DNA of 64,000 nt from NCBI GenBank assembly GCA_048268245.1, contig JBLWVX010000001.1, forward strand, positions 32,001-96,000. Reading direction: 5' to 3'. The position numbers and the translations under genes are program-made. Positions 1-10,148 of the stretch are shown in pieces. The notes below the pieces were generated by a model, which searched no databases, was not told the origin of the DNA, and saw nothing but the letters and a program-made list of their open reading frames with translations. Positions within the stretch are counted from its first letter, which is position 1, and every line of letters starts with the position of its first letter. The stretch is from Arcobacteraceae bacterium (lineage in GTDB: Bacteria; Campylobacterota; Campylobacteria; Campylobacterales; Arcobacteraceae).

Positions 1-34
1 TCTTTGGTAATAATAAACTCTCTTTGTAATCCAT
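1..34 (-). CDS. ileS: Isoleucine--tRNA ligase, 5' end only (runs off window)
   Basis: ATG at 34 on minus strand gives MDYKESLLLPK, matching the IleRS N-terminus of Campylobacterota (MDYKxTLLLP); AAGG upstream; only 11 codons visible. Confidence 0.6.
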   Translation of the reverse strand, partial: MDYKESLLLPK

Positions 35-139
35 CTTAAAGTACCTTCAGTTATCTAAATATTTATAGTTTTTATTAAATCGTAGATTATATCTAATAAT
101 GATTAAAAAAATGATTAGGCATATTTTTTGTTTTCACAA

Positions 140-156
140 TGTACAAAAATTGTACA
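140..156 (+). promoter_or_regulatory. TGTACA-N5-TGTACA direct repeat upstream of mqo (putative regulator site)
   Basis: TGTACA at 140 and 151; identical arrangement at 17142/17153 upstream of pta. Confidence 0.45.
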
Positions 157-302
157 ATCATTTTTGCTATATCTCAAACATAGGTGTTACGAAACTCTAT
201 AATTTATTGTTAAATTGAACAACTATTTATTTTATTTAACTTAAATATAACTTCAATATGATATACTCCTTTCATATTTCGAAACAGATAGGAACGATAG
301 AT

Positions 303-1661
303 ATGAATGAGAAACATTATGAAGTCTTAATTATTGGTGGAGGTATCTCTGGTGCAGCTTTATTTTTTGAGCTAGCAAAATACACTAATGCAAAAAGCAT
401 TTGTATGTTAGAAAAGTATGAAGATTTAGCTACTTTAAACTCAAAAGGTACAAGTAACTCTCAAACTATTCACGTTGGAGATATTGAAACTAACTATACT
501 TTTGAGAAAGCTAAGATTACAAAAAGAACTGCGAAAATGATTGAGAAGTTCTGTTTAATGTATAACTTACAAGATAAGATTATGTTTAAACACCAAAAAA
601 TGGCTTTAGGTGTAGGTGAAAAAGAAGTTGAATTTATTACAAATAGATATAATGAATTTAAAGAAATTTTTCCGTACTTAGAGTTATGGGATAAAGAAAC
701 TTTAAAAGAAAAAGAACCTTTATTAGTATATGCTGATAAAGAAAGAACAAAAGAAAGACCAGAGCCAATTGTAGCAATGGGTGCTGATGATCAATATACA
801 ACTGTTGATTTTGGTGAAATGACTAAAGAGCTTGCAAAAGCTGGTCAAGCAGCTAATCCAGAAAAAACAACTGATATTTTCTATAACTCTGAAGTTGAAG
901 AAGTTGAAAAAGTTGGTGATAAATTTAAAGTAACTACTGTAAATGGTACAGTTTATACTGCTGATTTTGTTGTTACAAATGCAGGTGCTCACTCATTATA
1001 CTTAGCTCACAAAATGGGTTACGGTAAACATATGGGATCATTATCAATGGCTGGTTCATTCTATATTACTAATGACAAATACTTAAATGGTAAAGTTTAC
1101 ATGGTTCAAAATGATAAATTACCATTTGCAGCATTACATGGTGACCCAGATATTTTAGAAGATGGCAAAACAAGATTTGGACCAACTGCTTTAGCATTAT
1201 TAGTTCTTGAAAGATATAAAGGTGGAAAATCATTCTTCCAATGTCTAAAAACAATGAACTTTGATGGTAATATTGTAAAAATCTTCTGGGATCTATTAAA
1301 AGACTCTGATATTAGAAACTACGTATTTAAAAACTTCTTATTTGAAGTTCCAGGAATTAACAAAAAACTATTTGTTAAAGATGCACAAAAAATTGTACCT
1401 TCTTTAAGTCCTGATGATTTAGAATACGCAAAAGGATTTGGTGGTGTTAGACCGCAAGTTCTAAATAAAAAAGAACAAAAATTAATGCTTGGTGAAGCTT
1501 CAATTACAGAATTACCAGGTATCATTTTCAATATGACTCCGTCTCCAGGTGCGACTTCTTGTCTTGGAAATGCTGAAAGAGATACAAAAATTGTTTGTGA
1601 TTACTTAAACTTAGAATTTGATCACGAAAAATTCTTAGCAGACTTTACAGACGAAAACTAA
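303..1661 (+). CDS. mqo: Malate:quinone oxidoreductase (epsilon/Helicobacter type, FAD-dependent)
   Basis: GGGISG FAD motif, NSQTIHxGDIETNY, HGDPD, C-terminal TPSPGATSCLGNA; start moved to ATG 303 (AGGA at 290). Confidence 0.85.
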   Translation: MNEKHYEVLIIGGGISGAALFFELAKYTNAKSICMLEKYEDLATLNSKGTSNSQTIHVGDIETNYTFEKAKITKRTAKMIEKFCLMYNLQDKIMFKHQKMALGVGEKEVEFITNRYNEFKEIFPYLELWDKETLKEKEPLLVYADKERTKERPEPIVAMGADDQYTTVDFGEMTKELAKAGQAANPEKTTDIFYNSEVEEVEKVGDKFKVTTVNGTVYTADFVVTNAGAHSLYLAHKMGYGKHMGSLSMAGSFYITNDKYLNGKVYMVQNDKLPFAALHGDPDILEDGKTRFGPTALALLVLERYKGGKSFFQCLKTMNFDGNIVKIFWDLLKDSDIRNYVFKNFLFEVPGINKKLFVKDAQKIVPSLSPDDLEYAKGFGGVRPQVLNKKEQKLMLGEASITELPGIIFNMTPSPGATSCLGNAERDTKIVCDYLNLEFDHEKFLADFTDEN

Positions 1662-1669
1662 TACCCTTA

Positions 1670-1703
1670 TATATAAAATAAGAGTTTCCTCTTATTTTAT
1701 ATA
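1670..1703 (+). terminator. Intrinsic terminator-like hairpin after mqo
   Basis: 15-bp stem TATATAAAATAAGAG-tttc-CTCTTATTTTATATA. Confidence 0.65.
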
Positions 1704-1784
1704 CTTATTATATAGACACAAAACTTTTTTTTTACTACAATATACATCAATAATCACAAAATAAGCTATCATAAAGGCACGAAA

Positions 1785-2294
1785 ATGGCATTTGGCAATA
1801 TATTTAATGAAAATGATATGATTACTCTTCAAAACCTTTTAAGAGCAAAAAATGAAACAATAACAACAGCTGAATCTTGTACAGGTGGTTTAGTTGCACA
1901 TATGATTACACAAATTGCAGGTTCTTCTGATATTTTTAATGGTGCAATAGTTTCTTATTCAAATGAGATAAAAGCAAAAGAGTTAGGCGTAAAAGAAGAT
2001 ACTTTAAAAAAACATGGTGCAGTATCAATTCAAACAGTTGAAGAAATGTTAGAAGGTGCTATAGAAAAATTTGATGCAACATATGCTATTGCAATTTCTG
2101 GAATTGCAGGTCCTCAAGGTGGATGTAAAGAAAAACCAGTTGGAACAGTAGTAATTGGCATCTGTGATAATAACAAAAAAAGTATTATTCGAGTAAATAA
2201 GTTTGATGGAAGCAGAAAAGACATACAAAACCTTGCCTCTCAGACATCTTTGAAAGAAATTTTAAAATTTCTTCAAAAAACTCTTGACAAATAA
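1785..2294 (+). CDS. cinA: CinA C-terminal domain protein / NMN amidohydrolase (PncC)
   Basis: TAESCTGG, YSNEIK, SGIAGPxGG, KPVGTV motifs. Confidence 0.9.
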   Translation: MAFGNIFNENDMITLQNLLRAKNETITTAESCTGGLVAHMITQIAGSSDIFNGAIVSYSNEIKAKELGVKEDTLKKHGAVSIQTVEEMLEGAIEKFDATYAIAISGIAGPQGGCKEKPVGTVVIGICDNNKKSIIRVNKFDGSRKDIQNLASQTSLKEILKFLQKTLDK

Positions 2295-2312
2295 ATTTTT
2301 TTCTATTATAAT
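2284..2312 (+). promoter_or_regulatory. Consensus sigma70 promoter of the tRNA cluster
   Basis: TTGACA (2284) - 17 bp - TATAAT (2307); overlaps the cinA stop codon. Confidence 0.85.
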
Positions 2313-2351
2313 TCCAGTCCAATTTAAGAAGAACAACTTAAATTAGAGCAT

Positions 2352-2427
2352 GACCCGTTAGCTCAGCTGGTAGAGCATCTCCCTTTTAAGGAGGTGGCCG
2401 AAGGTTCGAATCCTTCACGGGTCACCA
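2352..2427 (+). tRNA. tRNA-Lys (TTT)
   Basis: Cloverleaf; anticodon loop CTTTTAA, GGTTCGAA T-loop, encoded CCA. Confidence 0.97.
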
Positions 2428-2445
2428 TTTAAATATTACTTTGAT

Positions 2446-2520
2446 GGCCCCTTCATCTAGCGGTTAGGATCCATGGTTTTCATCCATGTCACAGGAGTTC
2501 GAGTCTCCTAGGGGTCACCA
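2446..2520 (+). tRNA. tRNA-Glu (TTC)
   Basis: Anticodon arm CATGG-TTTTCAT-CCATG, T-loop, CCA. Confidence 0.97.
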
Positions 2521-2524
2521 TCAA

Positions 2525-2600
2525 GGTCGATTAGCTCAGTTGGTAGAGCGCTACCCTTACAAGGTAGATGTCAGAAGTTCGAGTCTTCTATCGACCACCA
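2525..2600 (+). tRNA. tRNA-Val (TAC)
   Basis: Anticodon arm CTACC-CTTACAA-GGTAG, T-loop, CCA. Confidence 0.97.
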
Positions 2601-2620
2601 CTTTCTTATTATAAAATCAT

Positions 2621-2697
2621 GCGGATGTAGTTTAGTTGGTTAGAATGCCTGCCTGTCACGCAGGAGGTCGCGAGTTCGAGTCTCGTCATCCGCGCCA
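2621..2697 (+). tRNA. tRNA-Asp (GTC)
   Basis: Anticodon arm CCTGC-CTGTCAC-GCAGG, T-loop, CCA. Confidence 0.97.
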
Positions 2698-2811
2698 TGA
2701 TTTAAAATTTCACACTTATCTTTTAATAATTTATTTAATCCCTTATAAAAGTGTTATTTTATATAAAAAAGGCTATCCTATTATAGTTAAATTTCAGGAA
2801 GCAAAAAATAA

Positions 2812-4395
2812 ATGTTTAAAGCAAAAAGTTTATATCATCTAATAGTTTACAGTATTCTATTTATTGTAGTACTAATCTCATTTTTCACCTTCATTATTAT
2901 AAATAATGCCCATGACGAATTACAAGAAAAAATCGTAGCTTTAAAAGAAGACTTTACAAGTAACCAAAAAGAACTTTTAAAAAACGATATAAATTCTGTA
3001 ATTAGTTTTATAGATTATTATCATAAAAAATATGAAGGCACTAAATCAGAAGAACAAATAAAGAAAGAAGTATTAAAAGCTATTAGTGAAATGAAGAAAA
3101 GCAAAAATATAAATGACTATATATTTATTTATAGCTTTGAGGGTGAATTACTTTTCCACCCTATTACAAAGGAAAGAGTTGGAGCAAATAGAATAAGTAT
3201 GCAAGATAACAATGGAAAATTTGTTATCAAAGAACTTATTGAAAACTCTAAGAAATATATGGGTGGATATGTTGAATATATTTGGTATAAGCCAGATATC
3301 AATAAAAATGCAAATAAAATCTCATACTCTAATGCTTATAAAGAATGGAATTGGACTATTGGAAAAGGTGTTTACCTTGATGAAATAGATAAGTTAGTTA
3401 GAGAAAAGAATGAAGAGTACAATCAAAAAATGTCTGATTATACTTTACAAATCACATCATTGACAATAATGCTAGTTCTTTACTCTATTTTTATTTATAA
3501 GAATGCTACAATACTTATTGTAAATGATGTAAAAGAAATTGGTAAATATTTTAAAGAATCACAAGATAATGATGAAGAAATTGATCAAAATAGAATTATA
3601 TTTGGAGAGTTTAAAGTAATTGCAAATTATGCAAATGATGCTATGACAAATATAAAACTAAAAACTCATATGCTTGAAGACTTAAATAAAAACTTAGAAT
3701 ATAAAGTTGATGAAAAAACAAGAGAACTTACTAAGCTTATTCAATCACAAAAAGATTTTATTAAAAACTCAGTGCATGAAATAAATACACCACTTTCAAT
3801 AATACAAACAAATATTGACTTACTTAAAATGAAAGTTCCAAATAATAAATATATCACACATATTGAATCAGGTTCTAAAATAATTCAATATATTTATGAT
3901 GATCTATCTTATTTAATAAAAAAAGATAGAGTTGTGTATGAAAAAGAGTATTTAGAGTTTTCAGATATTTTAACACATAGAATTGACTTCTTTGATGAAA
4001 TAGCTGTATCTAACTCTTTATATTTTATTTGTAACATTGAAGAAGATATTTATATTAAATTTAATAAGACAGAACTTCAAAGAATAGTTGATAATAATCT
4101 TTCAAATGCAATAAAATACTCATTCCCAAAATCGCCTATTTTTGTTAGATTAGATTACATAAATGATAAGGAGGTTGAGTTCTCAGTTTGTACTAACTCC
4201 CAAAAGATAGAGTCTCAAAATAAAATATTTGATGACTTCTATAGAGAAAACAGTGCTAGAGGTGGCTTTGGTTTAGGATTAAGAATAGTAAAAGATATTT
4301 GTGATAAAAATAGCGTTACTATAAAACTAGAGTCTAATGACAAGGAAACAAAATTTACATATAGGTTTAAAATAAATGAAGATACTACTACTTGA
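2812..4395 (+). CDS. Sensor histidine kinase with periplasmic single Cache (sCache_2-like) domain
   Basis: Two TM segments flanking YIFIY..HP..D.NG..GGYVEYIWYKP..KISY..WTIGKGVY; H-box HEINTPL; N-box NNLSNAIKY; GGFGLGL. Confidence 0.85.
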   Translation: MFKAKSLYHLIVYSILFIVVLISFFTFIIINNAHDELQEKIVALKEDFTSNQKELLKNDINSVISFIDYYHKKYEGTKSEEQIKKEVLKAISEMKKSKNINDYIFIYSFEGELLFHPITKERVGANRISMQDNNGKFVIKELIENSKKYMGGYVEYIWYKPDINKNANKISYSNAYKEWNWTIGKGVYLDEIDKLVREKNEEYNQKMSDYTLQITSLTIMLVLYSIFIYKNATILIVNDVKEIGKYFKESQDNDEEIDQNRIIFGEFKVIANYANDAMTNIKLKTHMLEDLNKNLEYKVDEKTRELTKLIQSQKDFIKNSVHEINTPLSIIQTNIDLLKMKVPNNKYITHIESGSKIIQYIYDDLSYLIKKDRVVYEKEYLEFSDILTHRIDFFDEIAVSNSLYFICNIEEDIYIKFNKTELQRIVDNNLSNAIKYSFPKSPIFVRLDYINDKEVEFSVCTNSQKIESQNKIFDDFYRENSARGGFGLGLRIVKDICDKNSVTIKLESNDKETKFTYRFKINEDTTT

Positions 4396-5038
4396 AGATG
4401 AATTAATGTTAAATAATGCCATTTGTGAGTATTTAAGAAATATTGGTCACATGGTAGAGAGTTTTACTGATGGACAAGATGCAATAGATAATATAGATAC
4501 ATCTTTTGATTTATTGATATTAGATATAAATGTTCCATCTAAAGATGGTTTTACAATTCTAGAAGATTTAAATAGAAAGAAAATCTATATACCAACTATA
4601 TTTATTTCTGCGTTAATAGATATAGAAGATATTTCAAAAGCATATGAACTAGGTGCAAGGGAGTACTTAAAAAAACCTTTCCACTTAGAAGAGTTAGGAA
4701 TTAAAATTAATCTAATTTTGAAAAAAGAGCAAAGTAATACATCTCATATTAGATTTTCAGAGAATTACTCATACTCAAAAGACAAACAAACACTATACTT
4801 TAATGGTGAACCTCAAAGTCTTACAAAAAAACAATTAGAAATTATTCATATATTAGCACTTAATATTAACATGATTGTAGACTTTGAAAGATTTAGAATT
4901 GATATCTGGGATGGAGAAAATATCGACAATCCAACTATAAGAGCTGAAATTTCAAGATTAAAGAAAGCACTAAAAGAAGACTTTATCAAAAATATCAGAG
5001 GTTTAGGCTACAAAATTGACAGATATTATTCTTCTTAA
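4376..5038 (+). CDS. OmpR/PhoB-family response regulator
   Basis: LLLEDE, phospho-Asp in LILDINVP, KPF, winged helix ending IRGLGY; overlaps the kinase gene by 20 nt. Confidence 0.92.
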   Translation: MKILLLEDELMLNNAICEYLRNIGHMVESFTDGQDAIDNIDTSFDLLILDINVPSKDGFTILEDLNRKKIYIPTIFISALIDIEDISKAYELGAREYLKKPFHLEELGIKINLILKKEQSNTSHIRFSENYSYSKDKQTLYFNGEPQSLTKKQLEIIHILALNINMIVDFERFRIDIWDGENIDNPTIRAEISRLKKALKEDFIKNIRGLGYKIDRYYSS

Positions 5039-5049
5039 CAAAGTACTAT

Positions 5050-5074
5050 AAAATGGCTCTTTCAGAGTCATTTT
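5050..5074 (+). terminator. Terminator-like hairpin after response regulator
   Basis: AAAATGGCTCT-ttc-AGAGTCATTTT. Confidence 0.55.
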
Positions 5075-5156
5075 GCTACGTTCATACTACGTTTAAAAAA
5101 ACTTTTTCAAAATTTTTTTCAATTGCTACCTTTTTGCTATCTACACTTATTATACT
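5074..5156 (+). promoter_or_regulatory. Promoter of first symporter operon with 11-bp-period TGCTA direct repeats
   Basis: TGCTACGTT/TACTACGTT at 5074/5085; TGCTA at 5124/5135; -10 TATACT at 5151. Confidence 0.6.
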
Positions 5157-5218
5157 TTCAATGTTAGATTATTAAACGCTTTAGAGTTTAATATCAAAAT
5201 CAATAAGGAGAGCAGAAT

Positions 5219-5473
5219 ATGAGTCCAGAAAAAGCACAAGCATACTGGAAAGAAAATATTTCAATGATACTTAAACTATTAGTAGTTTGGTTCGTTGTTT
5301 CTTTCGGATGTGGAATTTTATTCATAAATGAACTTAACACTATCGAAATTAGTGGTGTTAAATTAGGTTATTGGTTTGCACAACAAGGTGCAATTTACGT
5401 ATTTGTTATCTTAATCTTTATATACGTAAAGGTTATGACAAGTATCGATGAGAAATACGGCGTAAACGAGTAG
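5219..5473 (+). CDS. DUF4212-type small subunit of sodium:solute symporter
   Basis: AYWKEN..LVVWFVVSFG..GYWFAQQGAIYVF signature; two TM helices; directly upstream of SSS gene. Confidence 0.85.
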   Translation: MSPEKAQAYWKENISMILKLLVVWFVVSFGCGILFINELNTIEISGVKLGYWFAQQGAIYVFVILIFIYVKVMTSIDEKYGVNE

Positions 5474-5486
5474 GGAGAAAGAAAAG

Positions 5487-7382
5487 ATGGAATTACAATC
5501 ATTAATTTACCTATTCGTAGGTATTTCATTCGCAATTTATATTGGTATTGCACTTTGGGCAAAAGCTGGTTCAACTAAGGACTTTTATGTTGCAGGTGGG
5601 GGAGTTCACCCAGTAGCAAACGGTATGGCGACTGCTGCGGACTGGATGTCAGCTGCATCATTTATCTCTTTAGCAGGTATCATTTCATTCAAAGGTTCTG
5701 ATGGTGGTGCTTACTTAATGGGTTGGACTGGTGGATACGTTCTACTAGCAATGTTATTAGCACCTTACTTAAGAAAGTTTGGTAAGTTTACAGTTCCTGA
5801 TTTCGTTGGTGACAGATACTACTCTGACACAGCTAGATTAGTTGCAGTTATTTCAGTTATTTTCGTTTCGTTCACATATGTTGCTGGACAAATGAGAGGT
5901 GTTGGTATCGTATTCTCAAGATTCTTACAAGTTGATGTAAATACAGGTGTATTAATTGGTATGGCAATTGTATTCTTCTACTCTGTTCTTGGTGGTATGA
6001 AGGGTATTACATATACACAAGTTGCACAATATGTAGTAATGATTTTTGCATACATGATTCCTGCAATTTTCTTATCATTACAAGTTACTGATACGTTCTT
6101 ACCACAATTAGGTATTTTTGCAACTACTACATTTGCATTTGATTCAGGGGTACAAGTAATCCCAGAAGGCACATATCTGTTACATGCATTGGATACAGCT
6201 GTTTCTGATTTAGGATTCAATGAGTATACTCAACCAGGTAACTTATGGAATATGTTTATGTTAACTACTGCGTTAATGTTAGGTACTGCTGGTTTACCAC
6301 ACGTTATTGTTAGATTCTTTACAGTTCCAACTGTTAAAGATGCTAGAATTTCAGCAGGTTGGGCGTTAATCTTTATTGCATTAATGTATACAACTATTTC
6401 ATCTGTATCTTCATTCTCAAGAGTGAACTTAATTAAAAACTTACAAAATACTGAGTATAAAGCATTTGTTGCTGGTGAATTAAAGCATGCTGATGGTACA
6501 CCAAATGATGGTAACTGGTTTAAAACTTGGGAAAATGGTGGATTAATCGCATGGAATGATAGAAATGGCGATGGTAAAATCCAATATGCTACTGGAAAAG
6601 CTTTCGAAGGTGCTAAAGGTAAGCCTGCATTCGATGGTGATAAAAGAGCAGAAGATGGTCATAGATTAACTACTAACCCTGCTGGACCTGCATCTGAAGC
6701 TGAATTAGCTAAAGGTAATGGAATTGCAAATGAGTTATATGTTGATAGAGATATTATGGTACTTGCTAACCCTGAGATTGCAAACTTACCTAACTGGGTA
6801 ATCGCATTCATCGCAGCTGGTGGTCTTGCAGCAGCATTATCTACAGCAGCAGGTTTATTACTTGTAATTGCTTCAGCAATTTCACATGACTTAATGGGTC
6901 AAGTTATATTTAAAGATAAAGAAACTGGTAAATCTACATTAAACGAGAAAACTGAGTTAATGTGGGCAAGAATTTCAGCTGTAGCTGCTATTTGTGTTGC
7001 TGGTTACTTAGGAATTAACCCTCCAGGATTCGTTGCACAAGTTGTTGCGTTCGCATTTGGTTTAGCGGCAGCAGCATTCTTCCCAACAATTATCCTTGGT
7101 GTATTTGATAAGAGAATGAACAAAGAAGGTGCGATTGCTGGTATTTTAACTGGTTTAATTTTCACATTCGGTTACATTATCTACTTCGTATTCTTAGGTG
7201 GAGATCCAAAAGATTACTTCTTAGGAATTCATCCAACTGGTATTGGTACAATCGGTACATTACTTCACTTAATCGTGGCAGTAGTTGTTTCTAGAATGAC
7301 ACCAGAACCACCACAAGAAATTCAAGATCTAGTAGAGAAAATCAGAATCCCTTCAGGAGCTGGTGAGGCTGTAGATCACTAA
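5487..7382 (+). CDS. actP: Sodium:solute symporter, ActP-like (DUF4212-associated subfamily), probable acetate/monocarboxylate uptake
   Basis: [52 protein letters not shown]. Confidence 0.85.
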   Translation: MELQSLIYLFVGISFAIYIGIALWAKAGSTKDFYVAGGGVHPVANGMATAADWMSAASFISLAGIISFKGSDGGAYLMGWTGGYVLLAMLLAPYLRKFGKFTVPDFVGDRYYSDTARLVAVISVIFVSFTYVAGQMRGVGIVFSRFLQVDVNTGVLIGMAIVFFYSVLGGMKGITYTQVAQYVVMIFAYMIPAIFLSLQVTDTFLPQLGIFATTTFAFDSGVQVIPEGTYLLHALDTAVSDLGFNEYTQPGNLWNMFMLTTALMLGTAGLPHVIVRFFTVPTVKDARISAGWALIFIALMYTTISSVSSFSRVNLIKNLQNTEYKAFVAGELKHADGTPNDGNWFKTWENGGLIAWNDRNGDGKIQYATGKAFEGAKGKPAFDGDKRAEDGHRLTTNPAGPASEAELAKGNGIANELYVDRDIMVLANPEIANLPNWVIAFIAAGGLAAALSTAAGLLLVIASAISHDLMGQVIFKDKETGKSTLNEKTELMWARISAVAAICVAGYLGINPPGFVAQVVAFAFGLAAAAFFPTIILGVFDKRMNKEGAIAGILTGLIFTFGYIIYFVFLGGDPKDYFLGIHPTGIGTIGTLLHLIVAVVVSRMTPEPPQEIQDLVEKIRIPSGAGEAVDH

Positions 7383-7385
7383 AAC

Positions 7386-7415
7386 TAACAAGTATACCTT
7401 CGGGTATACTTTTAG
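7386..7415 (+). terminator. Intrinsic terminator with cUUCGg tetraloop
   Basis: AAGTATACC-TTCG-GGTATACTT followed by T residues. Confidence 0.8.
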
Positions 7416-7474
7416 TGTTTTTTTATGTTATTATAACTACTAATATAAAAAAATACTATTACAAGGAGACTTCA

Positions 7475-9289
7475 ATGAGTCTACAAGACCAGGAAGCATT
7501 TCTATCAAAAATCCACCCTTTTGAAGTATTGACTGAAGAACAACTAGACACTTGTATCAAACACATGGACATAGCTTACTATGCTAAAGACTCAACTTTA
7601 ATTAGTCCAGAAAAGATTCCAAACTATTTTTTTATCATAATAAAAGGTACTGTATACGAATACAAAGAAGATGAAGTTGTAATGGATTACCATCAACAAG
7701 ACTCTTTTGATGCAAACTCTTTAATATATGGAGAGAGTAAAAATACTTTTAAAGTTCATGAAGATTTAATTTGTTATGAACTTGAGAAAAAGACTTTTTT
7801 AAATCTAATTGAAAATAATAAAGCATTTAAAGACTTCTTTTTAGAAAATCTTGTAAATAGAATTAAAACACTTAAAGATAAAGAGTACACTTCTCAATTG
7901 TCATCTTTCATGATTGCAAAAGTCGATGATGCTCTTGTTCATGATGCATGTATTGTAGAAGAAGATACAAAACTTTTAGATGCAATCGAAAAATCAATGG
8001 AATATAAAACATCTACAATAATAGTAAAAAGAGATAATGAATATGGAATTATTACAGATTCACTTTTGAAAGTAAAAGTTTTACTAGAAGGTAGAGACTT
8101 AAGTATTCCTGTAAAAGAGATTGCTATTTTTCCACTAATGACAGTTTTTAATGATGACTATTTATTTGATGCTCTATCAGTTTTAATAAAAAGAAATATA
8201 AAAAGAGTTGGAGTAGTAAATTCTCAAGGAGAAATGCAAGGAATTTTAGAACAAATTGATGTTTTATCACACTTTGCGAATAATACTTATATAGTAGATA
8301 CACAAATTAAGAAATCTAAAAACATTGAAGATTTAAAAAATGCAAGTAAAGATTTACTTGATATTATAAAATCCCTACAAGCAAAAGGGGTAAAAGTCCA
8401 TCATATTTCAAACTTAATAGGACAATTAAATACAAAAGTTTATAAAAAACTATACAAATTAGTTGTTCCTGAAGAACTACAAAAAAGTGCCTGCTTTATT
8501 GTAATGGGAAGTGAGGGAAGAAATGAACAAATTATAAAAACAGATCAAGATAATGCTTTAGTAGTAAAAAGTGGAATTGATGTTGAACAATACAGACCAT
8601 ATATGGAAAAAATGACTGAAACACTAATTGATTTTGGATACCCACCATGCGAAGGTAATATTATGGTATCAAATCCATTTTGGTGTAAAACAGTTGATGA
8701 CTATAAAAAAGAAACTGCAAGATGGATTGAAGCACCTGATATGCAAAACTATATGGACTTAGCAATATTTTTTGACTCTTATGCAGTTGCTGGGGATAAA
8801 GAACTTTTAATTAATTTAAAAGATGATTTATTTAATAAACTTCATGATAAAGATGTATTTATGGCATATTTTGCAAAAGCTACTTTAACATTTGATACAC
8901 CAAGTACAGTGGCTAACTTTATGACTAAAAAACACACAATTGATATTAAAAAAACTGCTGTATTCCCAATAGTTCAAGGTATTAGAAGTTTAGCTTTAAG
9001 AGAAAGAATTAGAGAAACTACAACAGTAAGAAGAATCAAAATTTTAGAGCAAAGAAAAATTTTAGAAAAAGATAGAGCTGCTGAGCTACTTGAAGCTTTT
9101 GATGTTGTAAACACTTTAAGATTAAATGCCCATTTATCTTACTTGCAAGAAAATAAAGAACTTACAAATGACATAGATACTCACACTCTTGGTAAAATAG
9201 AAAGAGATTTATTAAAAGATTCATTCAAAATAGTTATAGACTTCAAAAAGTTTATAAATTATACATTTAAAATAGATAAGATTTCATAA
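7475..9289 (+). CDS. cNMP-binding + 2xCBS + DUF294 putative nucleotidyltransferase (GlnD/GlnE-like fold), copy 1
   Basis: IHPF..L N-terminal cNMP-like domain, CBS pair, GSEGRNEQ..TDQDNAL Pol-beta-type motif, GYPPCEGNIMVSNPFW; start ATG 7475 with AAGGAG. Confidence 0.85.
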   Translation: MSLQDQEAFLSKIHPFEVLTEEQLDTCIKHMDIAYYAKDSTLISPEKIPNYFFIIIKGTVYEYKEDEVVMDYHQQDSFDANSLIYGESKNTFKVHEDLICYELEKKTFLNLIENNKAFKDFFLENLVNRIKTLKDKEYTSQLSSFMIAKVDDALVHDACIVEEDTKLLDAIEKSMEYKTSTIIVKRDNEYGIITDSLLKVKVLLEGRDLSIPVKEIAIFPLMTVFNDDYLFDALSVLIKRNIKRVGVVNSQGEMQGILEQIDVLSHFANNTYIVDTQIKKSKNIEDLKNASKDLLDIIKSLQAKGVKVHHISNLIGQLNTKVYKKLYKLVVPEELQKSACFIVMGSEGRNEQIIKTDQDNALVVKSGIDVEQYRPYMEKMTETLIDFGYPPCEGNIMVSNPFWCKTVDDYKKETARWIEAPDMQNYMDLAIFFDSYAVAGDKELLINLKDDLFNKLHDKDVFMAYFAKATLTFDTPSTVANFMTKKHTIDIKKTAVFPIVQGIRSLALRERIRETTTVRRIKILEQRKILEKDRAAELLEAFDVVNTLRLNAHLSYLQENKELTNDIDTHTLGKIERDLLKDSFKIVIDFKKFINYTFKIDKIS

Positions 9290-9921
9290 TGTTTGCTAAT
9301 TTTATTAAAAACTGGAAAAAAAGATCTCTTAAAGATAAAAAATATCAATATCTTTTTGATGAACCATTAACTGATGAATATGTTTGTTTAGACTGTGAAA
9401 CTACAGGATTAAGTCCAAGAAAAGATGAGATTTTGTCAATTGGGGCTGTTGTTATTAAAAAAAACAAAATACTTATGAGAAAAACCTTAAATATTTTTGT
9501 TAAACCATCTAAAAAAATTGATTCAGAATCTATAAAAATACACCATATAAGACCTATTGATTTAGAAAACGCAGTAGATCCAAAAGATGCAATTTTAGAA
9601 CTTTTAGATTTTATAGGAAGTAGACCAATAGTTGGCTATTACATAAAATTTGATGTAGCAATGATCTCAAAATATACAAAAAAATATATTGGTATTTCTT
9701 TACCTAATGAAACCATAGAAGTTTCCTCTATGTATTACAAAACTAGAAAAAAATCAAGTGACTATGAATTTATTGATTTAAAATTCGATACTATTATGAA
9801 AGAACTTGAGCTTCCAAAACTTGGAAAGCATGATGCATTAAATGATGCAATTATGACTTCTATGATGTTTTTAAAGCTTAAAGACTTAACTCCAGCTAAA
9901 ACAACATTCTATACTAATTAA
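9289..9921 (+). CDS. DEDDh 3'-5' exonuclease family protein, copy 1
   Basis: LDCETTGL, KFD, HDALNDA; TAATG stop/start overlap with upstream gene. Confidence 0.88.
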   Translation: MFANFIKNWKKRSLKDKKYQYLFDEPLTDEYVCLDCETTGLSPRKDEILSIGAVVIKKNKILMRKTLNIFVKPSKKIDSESIKIHHIRPIDLENAVDPKDAILELLDFIGSRPIVGYYIKFDVAMISKYTKKYIGISLPNETIEVSSMYYKTRKKSSDYEFIDLKFDTIMKELELPKLGKHDALNDAIMTSMMFLKLKDLTPAKTTFYTN

Positions 9922-10046
9922 AAAAGAGAATTTAAAACGTTATTAGTTTCTCTTTTTATTAGCTTCTAAAAGTTACACTTACAAATATTTCTAATTAAAT
10001 TACACTTAAATTACATAAATGATATTTTCTTGTAAATTTATATATG

Positions 10047-10116
10047 TATAATTAATCTTATTTTTATTTAAATGCTACACTAATGCTATTTTTGCTATTT
10101 TCAGTGAATTTAGCAT
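10047..10116 (+). promoter_or_regulatory. Promoter region of second symporter operon with TGCTA repeats
   Basis: TATAAT at 10047; TGCTA at 10073, 10084, 10093; TAGCAT at 10111. Confidence 0.5.
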
Positions 10117-10148
10117 TTTAATTTAAATAAAATAACTAAGGAGGCAAA

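Noticed and set aside
165..173. TGCTA upstream of mqo as a member of the TGCTA regulon
   Set aside because: Single copy; better explained as an extended -10-like TGcTATATC
2636..2842. 68-aa ORF in the track
   Set aside because: Its first part is tRNA-Asp read as protein; spurious
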